Shown here: positions 24,846-34,946 of the stretch, in pieces
How positions within the stretch are numbered: position 1 is the stretch's first letter
Layout: each line of letters opens with the position of its first letter
UHGV virus genome: UHGV-0107473
Direction: 5' to 3' (one strand)
Length of the DNA: 41,402 nucleotides
From: a virus
Notes under the pieces: model-generated
Seen by the model: only the letters and a program-made list of their open reading frames with translations
What the model was told of the DNA's origin: nothing
Database searches by the model: none
Translations under genes and position numbers: made by a program

Positions 24846-27389
24846 TTAATCCTCGGAAATGATCCCGTTTATAAAATCTTTATCGTTAGCGTAATAACGA
24901 GAATCGTAATTAATCGCGCGTACCGTATTTGTGTAAGGCGTATCCGGTTCTTTTTCACTAACAATAAACGCTAATTGCCTTGTGTCGTCACTAGCCACTA
25001 TCTGATAAACAGTTTTAGCATATTTATCTGAATCTGTCACTAACGGTAATCGCGGAGCATTTTGCAAAATAACTTTTTTACTGGTACTGCCCACACTTAC
25101 AGGAATAGATTCGACTGTTGAATCTGAAAGCTGTAAAAATATGGAATACGATTTTCCAGACTCAAAATTAACAGATTGTGATAATGTTAATTCTAAACCG
25201 TTTACATTATTAACTTCGCCTTCCATAATTATCGGGCGAGTATTGTCAGAGTTTAAAATCCTGTCAGTTAAAAGTAACAAATTAGATTCGTGAGTCGCTA
25301 TAAATTCGGTAGTTATATTTTGATGAATTATTTTATTATATGCACGATAAGCTAAAAAATGCGCATGTACCTTAGACCTTACGCCAATAGTATCGAGCTT
25401 TTTAGGATTAACAGCCGATTGGTCAGCAGGTACGTAATACGTAACCTTAGCATCATCTTCAGGCGAAATATAATCCAATTCTACGCCATCGTTATCGTTA
25501 ATATAACCAAATGTTGCTGTTCTTGTTTCCGAACCCGGTAACTTGTTACGATGGTTAAACAACATTACGCTGGAATCGGTTTCTTTTTCAAATGTTAATT
25601 TAATAGCGCTTCCACGCCTGTAAGCTTTACAAAAAACGGCGTCAGCTATAGCCATCGCTGTTTCTTCAAACGAAATATTGTTATCGTCAAATGTATAGCA
25701 GAATTGCGCGGCTAAATTGGTTCCAAAATACGACCTAACCGAATCTATAGTGTTATAAATATTAGAAACGTCTAATTCCGATAACTGACGATTCCCTATA
25801 GTTTTGTCTAAAGCTACCGCGCAAAAAATGTCGCTGGCTAAACTGGTAGGATACAATTCGGAAGTAAATGTATTGTCGGGATTGCGGCGAGGCAATTCGC
25901 GTTCAACTAACAATTTTGTTTTACGTTCTTTAACCGCTAATGCGCTTGCTGTCGAATATGTCCGAGTTCTTAAAATTGTTACATTCCCAAACGAATACGA
26001 ATACAAAGATTCGACAGCATAAAGTTCGGTAACTTTAATAGTATCGCTATACTGGTCGCCTTTGTGAGTATTGGTTTCGCTAGTTCTTCTAATTCTGATT
26101 CGACAAGGCCCGGTAAACGAAGTTACAAAGTCTACAGTAGTCCCGACAGCATCACGCGCCGAACTTGAACCGCTAATAGAGCCGTCATATGTTTGCGTTA
26201 ATCCTGTAGGATTACCACTAGAATCTAATTGTTTTATCTCAATCTGAAATGTAACAGTTTCTTTGTACTGGTTTCCGGTATTTTTACCAACGCGATAAAG
26301 ACCGTTATTAGCGCGAATATTAACTAATATTCTATCGCGTTCTTTCATGTTAAGGTCGAACGGGCCTACCCACTTAACAGAATCAGTCGTTAGGTGTGGG
26401 CTTAAATTACTTGTTTTTTGTTCAGGCAAAGTAGCTAAATCGTTCCAGTTAGCATTAACCGCTGACGGGTTAGACAAAATGATTTGTGAGTTAGTTACCG
26501 ACAATATCGTATAAGTTCCGTCTAAGTTTTTGCCTGTAGCGTATTCCGAATTAGCTATAACTAAAATATCATTATCGGAAAAATAATCTGTAAAATCTAA
26601 ATCAGTGTCGTCACTGTTAATCGTTTCTGGATACGCAAAATAAATATTACTATCCCCTGTTAAGTCTCCGCTATTTGCGGGCATTAAAGTTTGACCTGTA
26701 ACAGACGAAGAAGCTTTAGCGTTATAAAGTGGCGAGCCTACAAACGTTGAACCTATCGTAAAATAAGGAGTATCAGAAACTACGTTAGCGTTAGGACGAT
26801 AAACCATCATTGAGTTACCGGAAATTTCATCAAATCCGGTTTCATCATCAAAAGCGTCATAAATAGTATATGAGCCTTCGCCTAAACACATGGTCGCGTG
26901 TTCTATTTCTTGAGCGCCTTGTAATGTTTTATAAGGAACACAAGCTAAATCAGGCGTCGCTAATAGTTTGCCCACAATATAGGGGATGCGCTCATTAGGC
27001 CGCGCTTCGTTTTGCCTGTCAGACAACGAGTTGTTTGCTGACCCACTTTTCTGGCTTTTTGCCTCTACCTGTTGCGGTAATTTAGGCGCAAGGAAAAAGG
27101 CGGCGGCAACGGCAACAACGGCAATAACAGCGGCTATTATGGCTATAGTGCCTTCAGGCCATAACACGCAAAAAATAACGCCTTCGAGTTCCGACAGTTT
27201 TTTAATATCAGATTCGTCGATAGGCGTTACTTCAGTTAATGCCGAAATATGATTATGATATAAACGCGCATTATCGGGAAAAACTTCAAATCGATTAGCT
27301 AACGATTCTAATAGATTTTCGGTTTGTTGTATTTCCCATGTTTCAGAATCGTAAGGGTCATTGCAAATAACAAGTCTAATTGATTTCAT
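24846..27389 (-). CDS. Fusion of a gpI-like tail assembly domain to the N-terminal part of a gpJ-like tail tip protein
   Basis: The first 180 aa or so parallel lambda gpI (ubiquitin-like N-terminus, hydrophobic A/V/I stretch, LAPKLP, then an NSLSDRQNE...IPYIVGKLL-type segment). The downstream part contains P-x-x-I-R-x-R-R-x-T, paralleling the PFNIRMRRMT region of lambda J. Confidence 0.55.
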   Translation of the reverse strand: MKSIRLVICNDPYDSETWEIQQTENLLESLANRFEVFPDNARLYHNHISALTEVTPIDESDIKKLSELEGVIFCVLWPEGTIAIIAAVIAVVAVAAAFFLAPKLPQQVEAKSQKSGSANNSLSDRQNEARPNERIPYIVGKLLATPDLACVPYKTLQGAQEIEHATMCLGEGSYTIYDAFDDETGFDEISGNSMMVYRPNANVVSDTPYFTIGSTFVGSPLYNAKASSSVTGQTLMPANSGDLTGDSNIYFAYPETINSDDTDLDFTDYFSDNDILVIANSEYATGKNLDGTYTILSVTNSQIILSNPSAVNANWNDLATLPEQKTSNLSPHLTTDSVKWVGPFDLNMKERDRILVNIRANNGLYRVGKNTGNQYKETVTFQIEIKQLDSSGNPTGLTQTYDGSISGSSSARDAVGTTVDFVTSFTGPCRIRIRRTSETNTHKGDQYSDTIKVTELYAVESLYSYSFGNVTILRTRTYSTASALAVKERKTKLLVERELPRRNPDNTFTSELYPTSLASDIFCAVALDKTIGNRQLSELDVSNIYNTIDSVRSYFGTNLAAQFCYTFDDNNISFEETAMAIADAVFCKAYRRGSAIKLTFEKETDSSVMLFNHRNKLPGSETRTATFGYINDNDGVELDYISPEDDAKVTYYVPADQSAVNPKKLDTIGVRSKVHAHFLAYRAYNKIIHQNITTEFIATHESNLLLLTDRILNSDNTRPIIMEGEVNNVNGLELTLSQSVNFESGKSYSIFLQLSDSTVESIPVSVGSTSKKVILQNAPRLPLVTDSDKYAKTVYQIVASDDTRQLAFIVSEKEPDTPYTNTVRAINYDSRYYANDKDFINGIISED

Positions 27390-27729
27390 AAAAAGATACC
27401 TTTTTGAACCCTAGTTTGAGCGTTTCTAATAATTCATATTTTACACCGTCTTCGGTTATGTGTAAAATGCGCCCTTCGAGATAGATTCCAACATGAGAAA
27501 TATTTTTAGAATGAAGCCAAACTATACACGGCGATTTTGGTTCATAAATCTTTTTTAATTTGCGTAATTCTGAAAGTTTAGCGTTTCGTTTACGCCTTTC
27601 GGTCATAAATCCTTGTAATTGAATCGATAAATCGTAGCCAAACAAATCTAACCAAACTTCAGAAACAAAATGAGCGCAATTATAATTGCGCTTATCGTAT
27701 TGTTTATTTAAATAACTATCGGTATTCAT
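27376..27729 (-). CDS. gpK-like NlpC/P60 peptidase-domain minor tail protein
   Basis: YNCAHFVSEVW has the Cys nucleophile context. HVGIYL...H provides the His. Confidence 0.55.
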   Translation of the reverse strand: MNTDSYLNKQYDKRNYNCAHFVSEVWLDLFGYDLSIQLQGFMTERRKRNAKLSELRKLKKIYEPKSPCIVWLHSKNISHVGIYLEGRILHITEDGVKYELLETLKLGFKKVSFYEIN

Positions 27730-28316
27730 AAGAAGCCGCGCAAAGTTCTAAAAGGCCCGCTAACTGCATATGTAATTCCAGTTCTATTTATATTTAGAGA
27801 TGGGGCTTTAGCTTCAAATGTAGCGCCATCATTTTTAAAAGAAAACTGTTTAGCTTCGAGAATTAAAGGGCCATTCATTGGCGAAGATAAATCATCCGAA
27901 CGATATTCGCGATATAAAACTTTAGGCTTTATACCCATAGCGTTAGCGGCTCGGACTCTATCCAATTCTTTTGGTATAATTTCGCCTAAATCACCAAAAT
28001 CTATTTTTATAGAAAAATCTAAATCGCCAACATCGCTTTGCGCTGTAATTTTAACAGGATAATACTCAAAGAATACATTTTCGCCTGTTTCAAGATTTGC
28101 CCATAAACCGTTTTTGTTGTTTCTAACTATTCGATACAATCTACTAAAATTAGGATGTTGTATTTCAAATGTTTGTAAATCAACAACACGACTCGGCGAA
28201 TTAAAAAAGAAACCCACATAATCAGCCACGATAATTAATCTCCGGTAAATCATGGTTAACAAGCTTATCGAGTAAATTAAGAACTTCATAGGCGGCTTGC
28301 TCGCTTCCGTATTCAC
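27726..28316 (-). CDS. gpL-like minor tail protein (likely starts at an internal Met)
   Basis: Position between the gpM-like and gpK-like genes. The YVGFFFN segment resembles lambda L's ERYFFCN. Confidence 0.45.
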   Translation of the reverse strand: MNTEASKPPMKFLIYSISLLTMIYRRLIIVADYVGFFFNSPSRVVDLQTFEIQHPNFSRLYRIVRNNKNGLWANLETGENVFFEYYPVKITAQSDVGDLDFSIKIDFGDLGEIIPKELDRVRAANAMGIKPKVLYREYRSDDLSSPMNGPLILEAKQFSFKNDGATFEAKAPSLNINRTGITYAVSGPFRTLRGFL

Positions 28317-28710
28317 TGATAAGCATTATTAAAGTTTCATCATAATCATAATCATGTTCTATAGCTTCAATTTCAAGCTGACAGCCTACCGTGTAAGTAT
28401 GGCCCTGTTGACCAGTTAAACCCCAAGTGCCGGGGATAAAACGCGCCACATATTGCGTGGGAATTGCACTGTCTAAAATCAGATCTATTAAAAAAGGCTC
28501 ATTACCATTTTTAATATTAACAAGATAAAAGCGCCTTAAATATTCGTAATTATCCGGGCCTACAGTCCAAGAGCAATTAACATTGCTGGATGCGTTTAAA
28601 ATATCAACACGGAAGCGACTAGCGCCCCCGTCTAATTTAGTTGATATCGTTTCCTGCCCTACTTCTACAGAATATCCTGATTGATTGGGAGGGGTAACGA
28701 GCTTATACAT
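28222..28710 (-). CDS. gpM-like minor tail protein
   Basis: Immediately after the tape measure protein. 162 aa. Synteny with lambda M. Confidence 0.45.
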   Translation of the reverse strand: MYKLVTPPNQSGYSVEVGQETISTKLDGGASRFRVDILNASSNVNCSWTVGPDNYEYLRRFYLVNIKNGNEPFLIDLILDSAIPTQYVARFIPGTWGLTGQQGHTYTVGCQLEIEAIEHDYDYDETLIMLISEYGSEQAAYEVLNLLDKLVNHDLPEINYRG

Positions 28711-31700
28711 TTAGCGTTTCCTCGGAGCGTTTATATTTCGTTTTAATCCGCTTGATGTTTTGCTGTTTGGATCGTCCATATCTTTACCAATTACGCCGGG
28801 GGCATCGCGTTTAACAACTTCTGTAGCAACGTCGTTAGCGATAAGCCTTACAGTGTTTTCGTCAATTTGTTGCGCCGTGTAAGTTTGCGGAGTCCCATTA
28901 TTAATAACTTCAATATTAATTCCGCCTGAAGTTCCTGTAGATGATTTAGAAACTGAAGGCAACGACGCCGCGCCTTTACGTAAGTTTTCTAAATTATCGG
29001 CCCCGATTCGACTTGTTGAAGCGGCATCAAAAACATATTCTTTACCGTGTACAACACCAGCAACGGCATTAGTTGCCATATTACCAGTATAGCCGCCAGT
29101 CTGGAAGCCGCCCAACGCTGACGCAGCCGCGATAGTTTCGCCTACAGCGAATGTAGCCATCATCCCGGCGCTTGCTGGGGCGCTGTTACCACCAAACGTG
29201 GCAAGGCTGGCTAACGCTGCCGCTGGCCCCCATGCTGTAGCCATAGCTGTAGCAGCAGGAACCGTAGCAGCTACTGACGCCGCCATAGCTGACGTTTGCA
29301 AGGTTTGCCCTAATGCAGCGTTTACAGCCCATTGGATTCCTAATTGAATAAGGGACGAAATAAGCGCTCCGATAGCGTTTTGCGCTACGTTATACAATGC
29401 ATCGCTAAAGCTGGTAGTTCCGGCAATTGCACCGCCAATAGCATCGGCAAACCCTTTAGTAAACGTTTCGTTAAACTGACTAAAAGAATCAGCCATCCCT
29501 TTCATTACACCATCGAAAGAACTAGCTAAACTTCCGACAGAAGATAAAAGAACGTCTGAAAAATCGCCTTTACCCATAGACAATTTTAAATTAGCGGCTT
29601 CGACCCCTAATTGGTTCATACTGCGAATAAACGTATCTTGCGTTATTGAACCGTTGGCTAACGCTTGCGTGTATCCTTGAGCAGTTAGCGATAATTGCCG
29701 TAAACCTTCAGTGCCTTTTTTCGAAATATCATCCATTGCCGATTGTGCTATTTTAGCATCTTCTAAAGCTTGAATTTTATTTCGCAAAGCTTGGGTTTGT
29801 GCATTGGTTAAAGTAACGCCATCGGCAAGCAATTTGTTTTCAATTTGCTGCATTTGCGAAGATGTTCCGCGAGTAGCCGAACTTTCTCTAACTAATGCTA
29901 GTTGTTGATCTAGTTCTTTATTCGTTTGGCGCAACGGGTCGATAGTATTTAAATATTCTTCGCGAGCTTTTAAAATAACCCGGTTATATTGTTCCTGATT
30001 TATAGCGCCTTTAGCTAACAATTCGTTAGCGGCTTGCAAAGTTAAATTATAACCTTGATATGTTTTGGTAATGTCCCGGATTATTGAATCTTTAACTTTT
30101 TGTAGTTCCGATTTCGGGCCTTTTTTCTTTTTGCCATTATCGTAACCGTTGCCCGTTATATCCGGCCCGGTTCCGCGCAATTGACTAGGCGCGTTAGATG
30201 CTAATTGATTAATCATTCGGTCTACTGCGCGTCCTTGAGCATTTTTTTCAACTTCATTAACCCAAGCGCCTACCCAATCTTTAGCCGATAGTTTAGCAGT
30301 AGATTCTATTTCAGGCTTTAATTGTTTTTTGAATCCAGATAAATCTATTTTTAAACCAGTGTTAAAAATATCGCTTCCACCTAGTTTATTAGAAGCGGCA
30401 TTAGCTAACGAAAATAATTTGTCAAAAGCGCCCATAATGCCGTTAATCATTGTTTGAACAATGTCTAATACAGCATTTGAAACGCGAGTTACAACGTTAG
30501 ATAAAACAGTTGGAAGATTATTCCAAGCATTAATAATTAATGTTTTAGCATTAACGAAAAAGTTAATTATATTGTTAATTTCGTCTTTAGTGTTAGCGCC
30601 TAATACTTTTAAATCTTCCCACATACCGGAAAGCATTTCAGAGAATGACGGCCCCCATGCAGCGATAACAGGAGAAATAGCCGAAGCTAAAAAATCAGTA
30701 ACTGTTTCAGCAACAGCTAAAATAGTGTCGAATGCACCAACAGCATAATCTTTTAAAGTTAAAAAAGAACTACCAAAAACTTTAATTTCATCGCCAGCCA
30801 TAACGATATAAGCGATTAAGCTTGATAAAGCTACGGCAATTAATCCGATAGGGTTTCTGGCTAATGCTGCGGTAAATGTAATTACAGATCTGGTAGCGTT
30901 AGCCATCATAGCAACTAACGAAGGGCCAAAATAGGTAATCATTGCAACACCAGCAACACCAGCGGCAACAGCAACCGTATTTAAATTTTGAGAAAGCGTA
31001 ATTATCGCAGACGAAAGCGCCCTACTAGCCCCGGTAGATTGGTCTAACTGACCGATAAACTGTATCCATTCGTTACGCAAAACCGCTACAGATTGGCTTA
31101 ATGTGGGAATAGTTTTAGCAAATTTCGCGTCGACTGAACTTTCCATAATTTTAAAAGCATCATACATTACTTTAGCTGTAATTTTGCCTTCGGTAGAAAG
31201 TTGTTTAACGGCTGAAATTGGTTTATTTAAAGCTTTAGCTACAGCGTCTAAAACCATAGGCATGTTTTCAGAAATAGACCTGAATTCATCGCCTTGTAAT
31301 TTACCGGCGTTAAACGCCTGAGATAGTTGCAACAATGCCGACGCTGATTCTTGAGCAGTAGCGCCAGAAACGATAAGCCCTTTGTTAATTGTTTCGGTTA
31401 ATCTTAACGTATCTTCTTGCGTTTTACCCATGTACTTTAACGCGCGGTCGAAACGAGTAAACGCCGTGGCTGTTTCTTCGACTGGCGTTCTTGTTTTATT
31501 TGCTAAATCAAAAAGCCTTTCACTCAATTGTAAAACTTGCGTTTGAGTGTCGGAAACGTTTTGTAATTTGTTATTAAGTGTAGTGTATGAATCGGCAGCA
31601 TTAATAATCGCTGTTACCGACTGCGCCACCGTCATATAGGCGGCTAATTCACCGACAAGCCGCCTTAAACTTGTCGATGATTGATTTGCTGATGACGACA

Positions 31701-32091
31701 CTTTGCCTTGAGCTTGCGCCAAACGCAGCGCAGCGAGTTCTGCGCGGCTTTCAGCGGCTGCGGCGGCTGACGCTGCGGCACTTGCGCGGCTCAATGCTGC
31801 GTCGGCCCTAGCGTTTGCTGCGGCTAGTTTGGCGTTGGCTGCGGTTAGCCTGGCTGCGGCATTTGTCGCCCTTGTCATTCCGGCATCAAGACGATTAAGA
31901 GCCGGAACAATTTTAGCTAACTCGGCGCTTAATTGGCCCAAACTACCTATAGAGCTTAATTCTTTTTTTAATCTGGCGAGCGCTGGGGATGCCTTATCTG
32001 AAGCATTTGCAAGATTATTAAACGATGTCGCAATCTTATCAGCTTGCGCCGATGCCCTGTCGGTAATTTGAATGTCGATATTATCGGCCAT
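28711..32091 (-). CDS. Tape measure protein
   Basis: 1126 aa, Ala-rich coiled coils, Gly/Ala-rich hydrophobic C-terminal region. Lies between the chaperones and the minor tail genes. Confidence 0.85.
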   Translation of the reverse strand: MADNIDIQITDRASAQADKIATSFNNLANASDKASPALARLKKELSSIGSLGQLSAELAKIVPALNRLDAGMTRATNAAARLTAANAKLAAANARADAALSRASAAASAAAAAESRAELAALRLAQAQGKVSSSANQSSTSLRRLVGELAAYMTVAQSVTAIINAADSYTTLNNKLQNVSDTQTQVLQLSERLFDLANKTRTPVEETATAFTRFDRALKYMGKTQEDTLRLTETINKGLIVSGATAQESASALLQLSQAFNAGKLQGDEFRSISENMPMVLDAVAKALNKPISAVKQLSTEGKITAKVMYDAFKIMESSVDAKFAKTIPTLSQSVAVLRNEWIQFIGQLDQSTGASRALSSAIITLSQNLNTVAVAAGVAGVAMITYFGPSLVAMMANATRSVITFTAALARNPIGLIAVALSSLIAYIVMAGDEIKVFGSSFLTLKDYAVGAFDTILAVAETVTDFLASAISPVIAAWGPSFSEMLSGMWEDLKVLGANTKDEINNIINFFVNAKTLIINAWNNLPTVLSNVVTRVSNAVLDIVQTMINGIMGAFDKLFSLANAASNKLGGSDIFNTGLKIDLSGFKKQLKPEIESTAKLSAKDWVGAWVNEVEKNAQGRAVDRMINQLASNAPSQLRGTGPDITGNGYDNGKKKKGPKSELQKVKDSIIRDITKTYQGYNLTLQAANELLAKGAINQEQYNRVILKAREEYLNTIDPLRQTNKELDQQLALVRESSATRGTSSQMQQIENKLLADGVTLTNAQTQALRNKIQALEDAKIAQSAMDDISKKGTEGLRQLSLTAQGYTQALANGSITQDTFIRSMNQLGVEAANLKLSMGKGDFSDVLLSSVGSLASSFDGVMKGMADSFSQFNETFTKGFADAIGGAIAGTTSFSDALYNVAQNAIGALISSLIQLGIQWAVNAALGQTLQTSAMAASVAATVPAATAMATAWGPAAALASLATFGGNSAPASAGMMATFAVGETIAAASALGGFQTGGYTGNMATNAVAGVVHGKEYVFDAASTSRIGADNLENLRKGAASLPSVSKSSTGTSGGINIEVINNGTPQTYTAQQIDENTVRLIANDVATEVVKRDAPGVIGKDMDDPNSKTSSGLKRNINAPRKR

Positions 32092-32100
32092 AATTATAAC

Positions 32101-32532
32101 CTAAAATTTAAATTTAAGTTTGCTCACGTGTGCTTTGCCCACAATTACCGCGCGTTCAACAAATCCGGCAGGGGCTTGCTTAGAGCTTCCATTATTAAGT
32201 TCTGTAATGTAGTCTGCGTTGTTAGTAATAAATATTGTTTCGCCGGGTTTCTTTTTGCTTATGTTTCTTTCGGCTTCGGCGATAGTTTCGGCAACACTTT
32301 TACTATACGTGCTTCCGTAAATGCCGGGGTAGTGCGGTTCAACTTCTGAGGGGTAAGGCGCTACTAATGTAGCTTTCCAGTTAGATATAGCTTTCGAAGT
32401 GTCTACAGGCGTATTAGTCGCTAATTCTTTAACTATTTCTAAGGCGGTTCCTTTCGCGAATTCATTAGCCTGTAAAGGTATCGACTTCGCCGCTTTTCTT
32501 AACTTGGCTGATAAATCGCGAAAGGTCGCCAT
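32101..32532 (-). CDS. HK97 gp10-like tail component (from Met MATFRDL)
   Basis: NTPVDTSKAISNWKATL...YGSTYSKSVAE resembles the vPvdTG.Lr.Si core of the HK97 gp10 family. Confidence 0.4.
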   Translation of the reverse strand: MATFRDLSAKLRKAAKSIPLQANEFAKGTALEIVKELATNTPVDTSKAISNWKATLVAPYPSEVEPHYPGIYGSTYSKSVAETIAEAERNISKKKPGETIFITNNADYITELNNGSSKQAPAGFVERAVIVGKAHVSKLKFKF

Positions 32533-32536
32533 AATT

Positions 32537-32938
32537 TTAATTCCTTCTTCTTTTTTGGTTTTGTTTACCCTTATCAATATTTGAAGCGGTTTTATTTTTG
32601 CTTATCAACTTAGCTACATGGGCCTTATCCATTTCCCTAATCAAATAAACTAAGTCTTCTGTTTGTTCGGTATCAAATTGATAGCAAGCCGCATATTCAA
32701 AAATTTTACTTAATGGTATTCTTCCGGGGCCAAATGCATTAGAGCGTTCAGAATCTAAATCTAAAAAAGCTTCTAAATACAACCCTAATCCCGTTTGAAG
32801 TTCTGGCGCATTCTGAATTCGTTCAGGTATTGGCTTTCCTTCACGAACGGCTTGCTTGACTAACTGTTGCTCAATTGGGCCGATTTCAATCATATACGCC
32901 AGAAAATCAATTAGTTTTTTGCTTCTTCCTTCAGTTGC
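32537..32938 (-). CDS. T-like extension reading frame, expressed as a G-T fusion by a -1 frameshift
   Basis: This frame is open from 32938. It overlaps the end of the upstream gene in the -1 frame. The slippery heptamer lies at the overlap. Confidence 0.55.
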   Translation of the reverse strand, partial: ATEGRSKKLIDFLAYMIEIGPIEQQLVKQAVREGKPIPERIQNAPELQTGLGLYLEAFLDLDSERSNAFGPGRIPLSKIFEYAACYQFDTEQTEDLVYLIREMDKAHVAKLISKNKTASNIDKGKQNQKRRRN

Positions 32939-33333
32939 TCATCGCGATACAATGCGATATCAGAAGCTTGCTGTTGCAAATCGGAATAAAGTTCCGGCAA
33001 TTCGGTCATTAGCTTATAAGCTGTTTCCGAATTGAACGGCAGCGGCTGGTTAAACTGGTCGCGCACATTAGACCAGCCTTTGATAATTGTTTTACAGAAT
33101 ACACGTTTTAGGATATCTTCCGAAATAGATTCCGATAGTGTTCCCTGCTGCAATTGACGACGATAAGGCCGGGTGGCTTCTTCCAAAGCTTTTTGATAGG
33201 CTTTGTTAGCGCCGCCCATGCGGGCCAAAACGAAACTAATAACGGAATTGTCGTCGTCATTATGGCCTACGTTAACCGTTGCGCCTTCAGTTTCTTTAGT
33301 TTGGTTAGTAGAATATTGCGAATATAGAGACAT
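32911..33333 (-). CDS. Tail assembly chaperone (gpG-like, 140 aa, acidic)
   Basis: Position between the major tail and tape measure genes. 140 aa. Ends at the slippery site. Confidence 0.6.
   Translation of the reverse strand: MSLYSQYSTNQTKETEGATVNVGHNDDDNSVISFVLARMGGANKAYQKALEEATRPYRRQLQQGTLSESISEDILKRVFCKTIIKGWSNVRDQFNQPLPFNSETAYKLMTELPELYSDLQQQASDIALYRDEQLKEEAKN
32914..32920 (-). promoter_or_regulatory. Programmed -1 ribosomal frameshift site A AAA AAC immediately before the chaperone stop codon
   Basis: The minus-strand mRNA reads GCA AAA AAC TAA. After a -1 slip it reads AAA AAA CTA ATT GAT TTT ..., continuing into the 118-aa ORF frame. Confidence 0.6.
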
Positions 33334-33352
33334 TATTATTTTCCTCTTTAAT

Positions 33353-33383
33353 TAAAAAAGGCCGGAATTACCCGGCCTTTTAA
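33353..33383. terminator. Hairpin terminator or attenuator after the major tail protein gene
   Basis: aaaaaa-ggccgg-aattac-ccggcc-tttt. The next gene's RBS follows on the minus strand. Confidence 0.55.
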
Positions 33384-33394
33384 TATTAGCTTCT

Positions 33395-34936
33395 TTACTG
33401 CGGCATTGCAATATTCGGCAGGTAATTAAAACCTACATATAGCAAAGTATAGCCGTTTTCGTTTTCTTCGCCAGCAGGTTCCAGTGGAAGCATAACAGGT
33501 TCGTCTTTAGCAACATCGAGACGACCGCCGCCGCAACCTAAAAGCGGGATATCAAAAATAAAGCCTTTATTATCGTGGGCAAAAATCGCGTTAAGCGCGA
33601 TATCAGCGTTATTGCGGATTGCCCGCAAAGCTTCGACAGTTTGGAAATATGCCGTAACCGACCCGCCGACTTCAAATTGACCCGCGCTAATATCAAACGC
33701 GCCTAAAACGCCGATAGCTTTATTAGCCGTAAGATTGTTATTTACGGTAATAGTACCTTCGGAAATATAGGCAAATAGCGCGTCGGGATTCGAAGACGTT
33801 TTGTCTTTAATGTTCATTTTAAAACGATAAACATTAGATGCCGTATTATAAGGATCTTCGATTGCTACAGGTAAGCGCGTTCCGGTTAGAATTTCGTCGC
33901 CAGCTTCGCCAGTACGATAATACATATCGCAACCAGTATAGGAAATATCAATATTTACTAACTCGGCTTGCGAAAGGTTAAGCGTTAATTCGCTTGCAAC
34001 AGCCCCGGTTAGGTATTCGGCTTGGGTACTGGTAGCCCCTTCGCCTAGCTGACGCTCAAAGGTGTAAGAACGTTGCTTAATTAAGGGGCGTTCTTTTTCG
34101 TTTTTAATAACAACCCCGGCAAAAAATTTAATGCTTTTCCCGGTTCCGCTTTCGTTCGACGGCGAAAAAGTAGTGTCGTCAAACGATACCGATTTTGCAG
34201 AAACCGATTTAATGCGAACATAGCCCACATTATTAGTGAAACGGCTCGCAGCATCATCGCCGCCCAAAAATAGCCAGTTACCCGGAATAAAATTAGGGAA
34301 TGTTGTAAAATCGGTTGTTGTTGAAATGATCGACGGAATACCATCGACTACGGCAAAGTTAACGTCGCCTAAAAGAAGCTGACCACCAACACGATTAAAT
34401 TTTGCAGCGGAAGGCGGTGTAGTTTCATCAACCAGTGTTTCGGAAACAACAACCGTTGTAGCTGTAGAAGAAACAACAGTTTTTAAACCGTTATTGCTTG
34501 CGTTAGCAAAACCTTCGGCAAAAATAATTTGCCCTGCGACAAAATTAGTACCGCCTGAAGCCAGCGTATAAGTTTTAGTCGAAGCGGCGACAGCCGTAAT
34601 AGCGATTTGTGCGCCATTAATCGGAGCGGTTGAAGACGGTTCGCGAGCATCGGCAAACAGGAAGCCCTGTAAAAGCCGAGTCATATTGGAAACCGTAAAG
34701 TTTTGGTTAATACCCCCGGAAGCGTCCAAATCGGTGATATTACCTTTTTTACGCTGGCGCGATGCGGAAATAGGTTCGGCAGAAACGCGAGTGTAATCGC
34801 CGCCAAAATCGCTATATTCGTTAGGTTCCAGATTATACCAAATCGGAGAAGCTGGAAGTTGTTTTAAACATTCTTCTTCGGCATAAGCTAAAGAAGTGAT
34901 ATTAGAATCAATTTTGTTAATCGGGCAATCTGACAT
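33395..34936 (-). CDS. Putative major tail protein (513 aa, multi-domain)
   Basis: Position upstream of the chaperone/TMP genes and downstream of the neck genes. Confidence 0.5.
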   Translation of the reverse strand: MSDCPINKIDSNITSLAYAEEECLKQLPASPIWYNLEPNEYSDFGGDYTRVSAEPISASRQRKKGNITDLDASGGINQNFTVSNMTRLLQGFLFADAREPSSTAPINGAQIAITAVAASTKTYTLASGGTNFVAGQIIFAEGFANASNNGLKTVVSSTATTVVVSETLVDETTPPSAAKFNRVGGQLLLGDVNFAVVDGIPSIISTTTDFTTFPNFIPGNWLFLGGDDAASRFTNNVGYVRIKSVSAKSVSFDDTTFSPSNESGTGKSIKFFAGVVIKNEKERPLIKQRSYTFERQLGEGATSTQAEYLTGAVASELTLNLSQAELVNIDISYTGCDMYYRTGEAGDEILTGTRLPVAIEDPYNTASNVYRFKMNIKDKTSSNPDALFAYISEGTITVNNNLTANKAIGVLGAFDISAGQFEVGGSVTAYFQTVEALRAIRNNADIALNAIFAHDNKGFIFDIPLLGCGGGRLDVAKDEPVMLPLEPAGEENENGYTLLYVGFNYLPNIAMPQ

Positions 34937-34946
34937 AGTAACCTCT

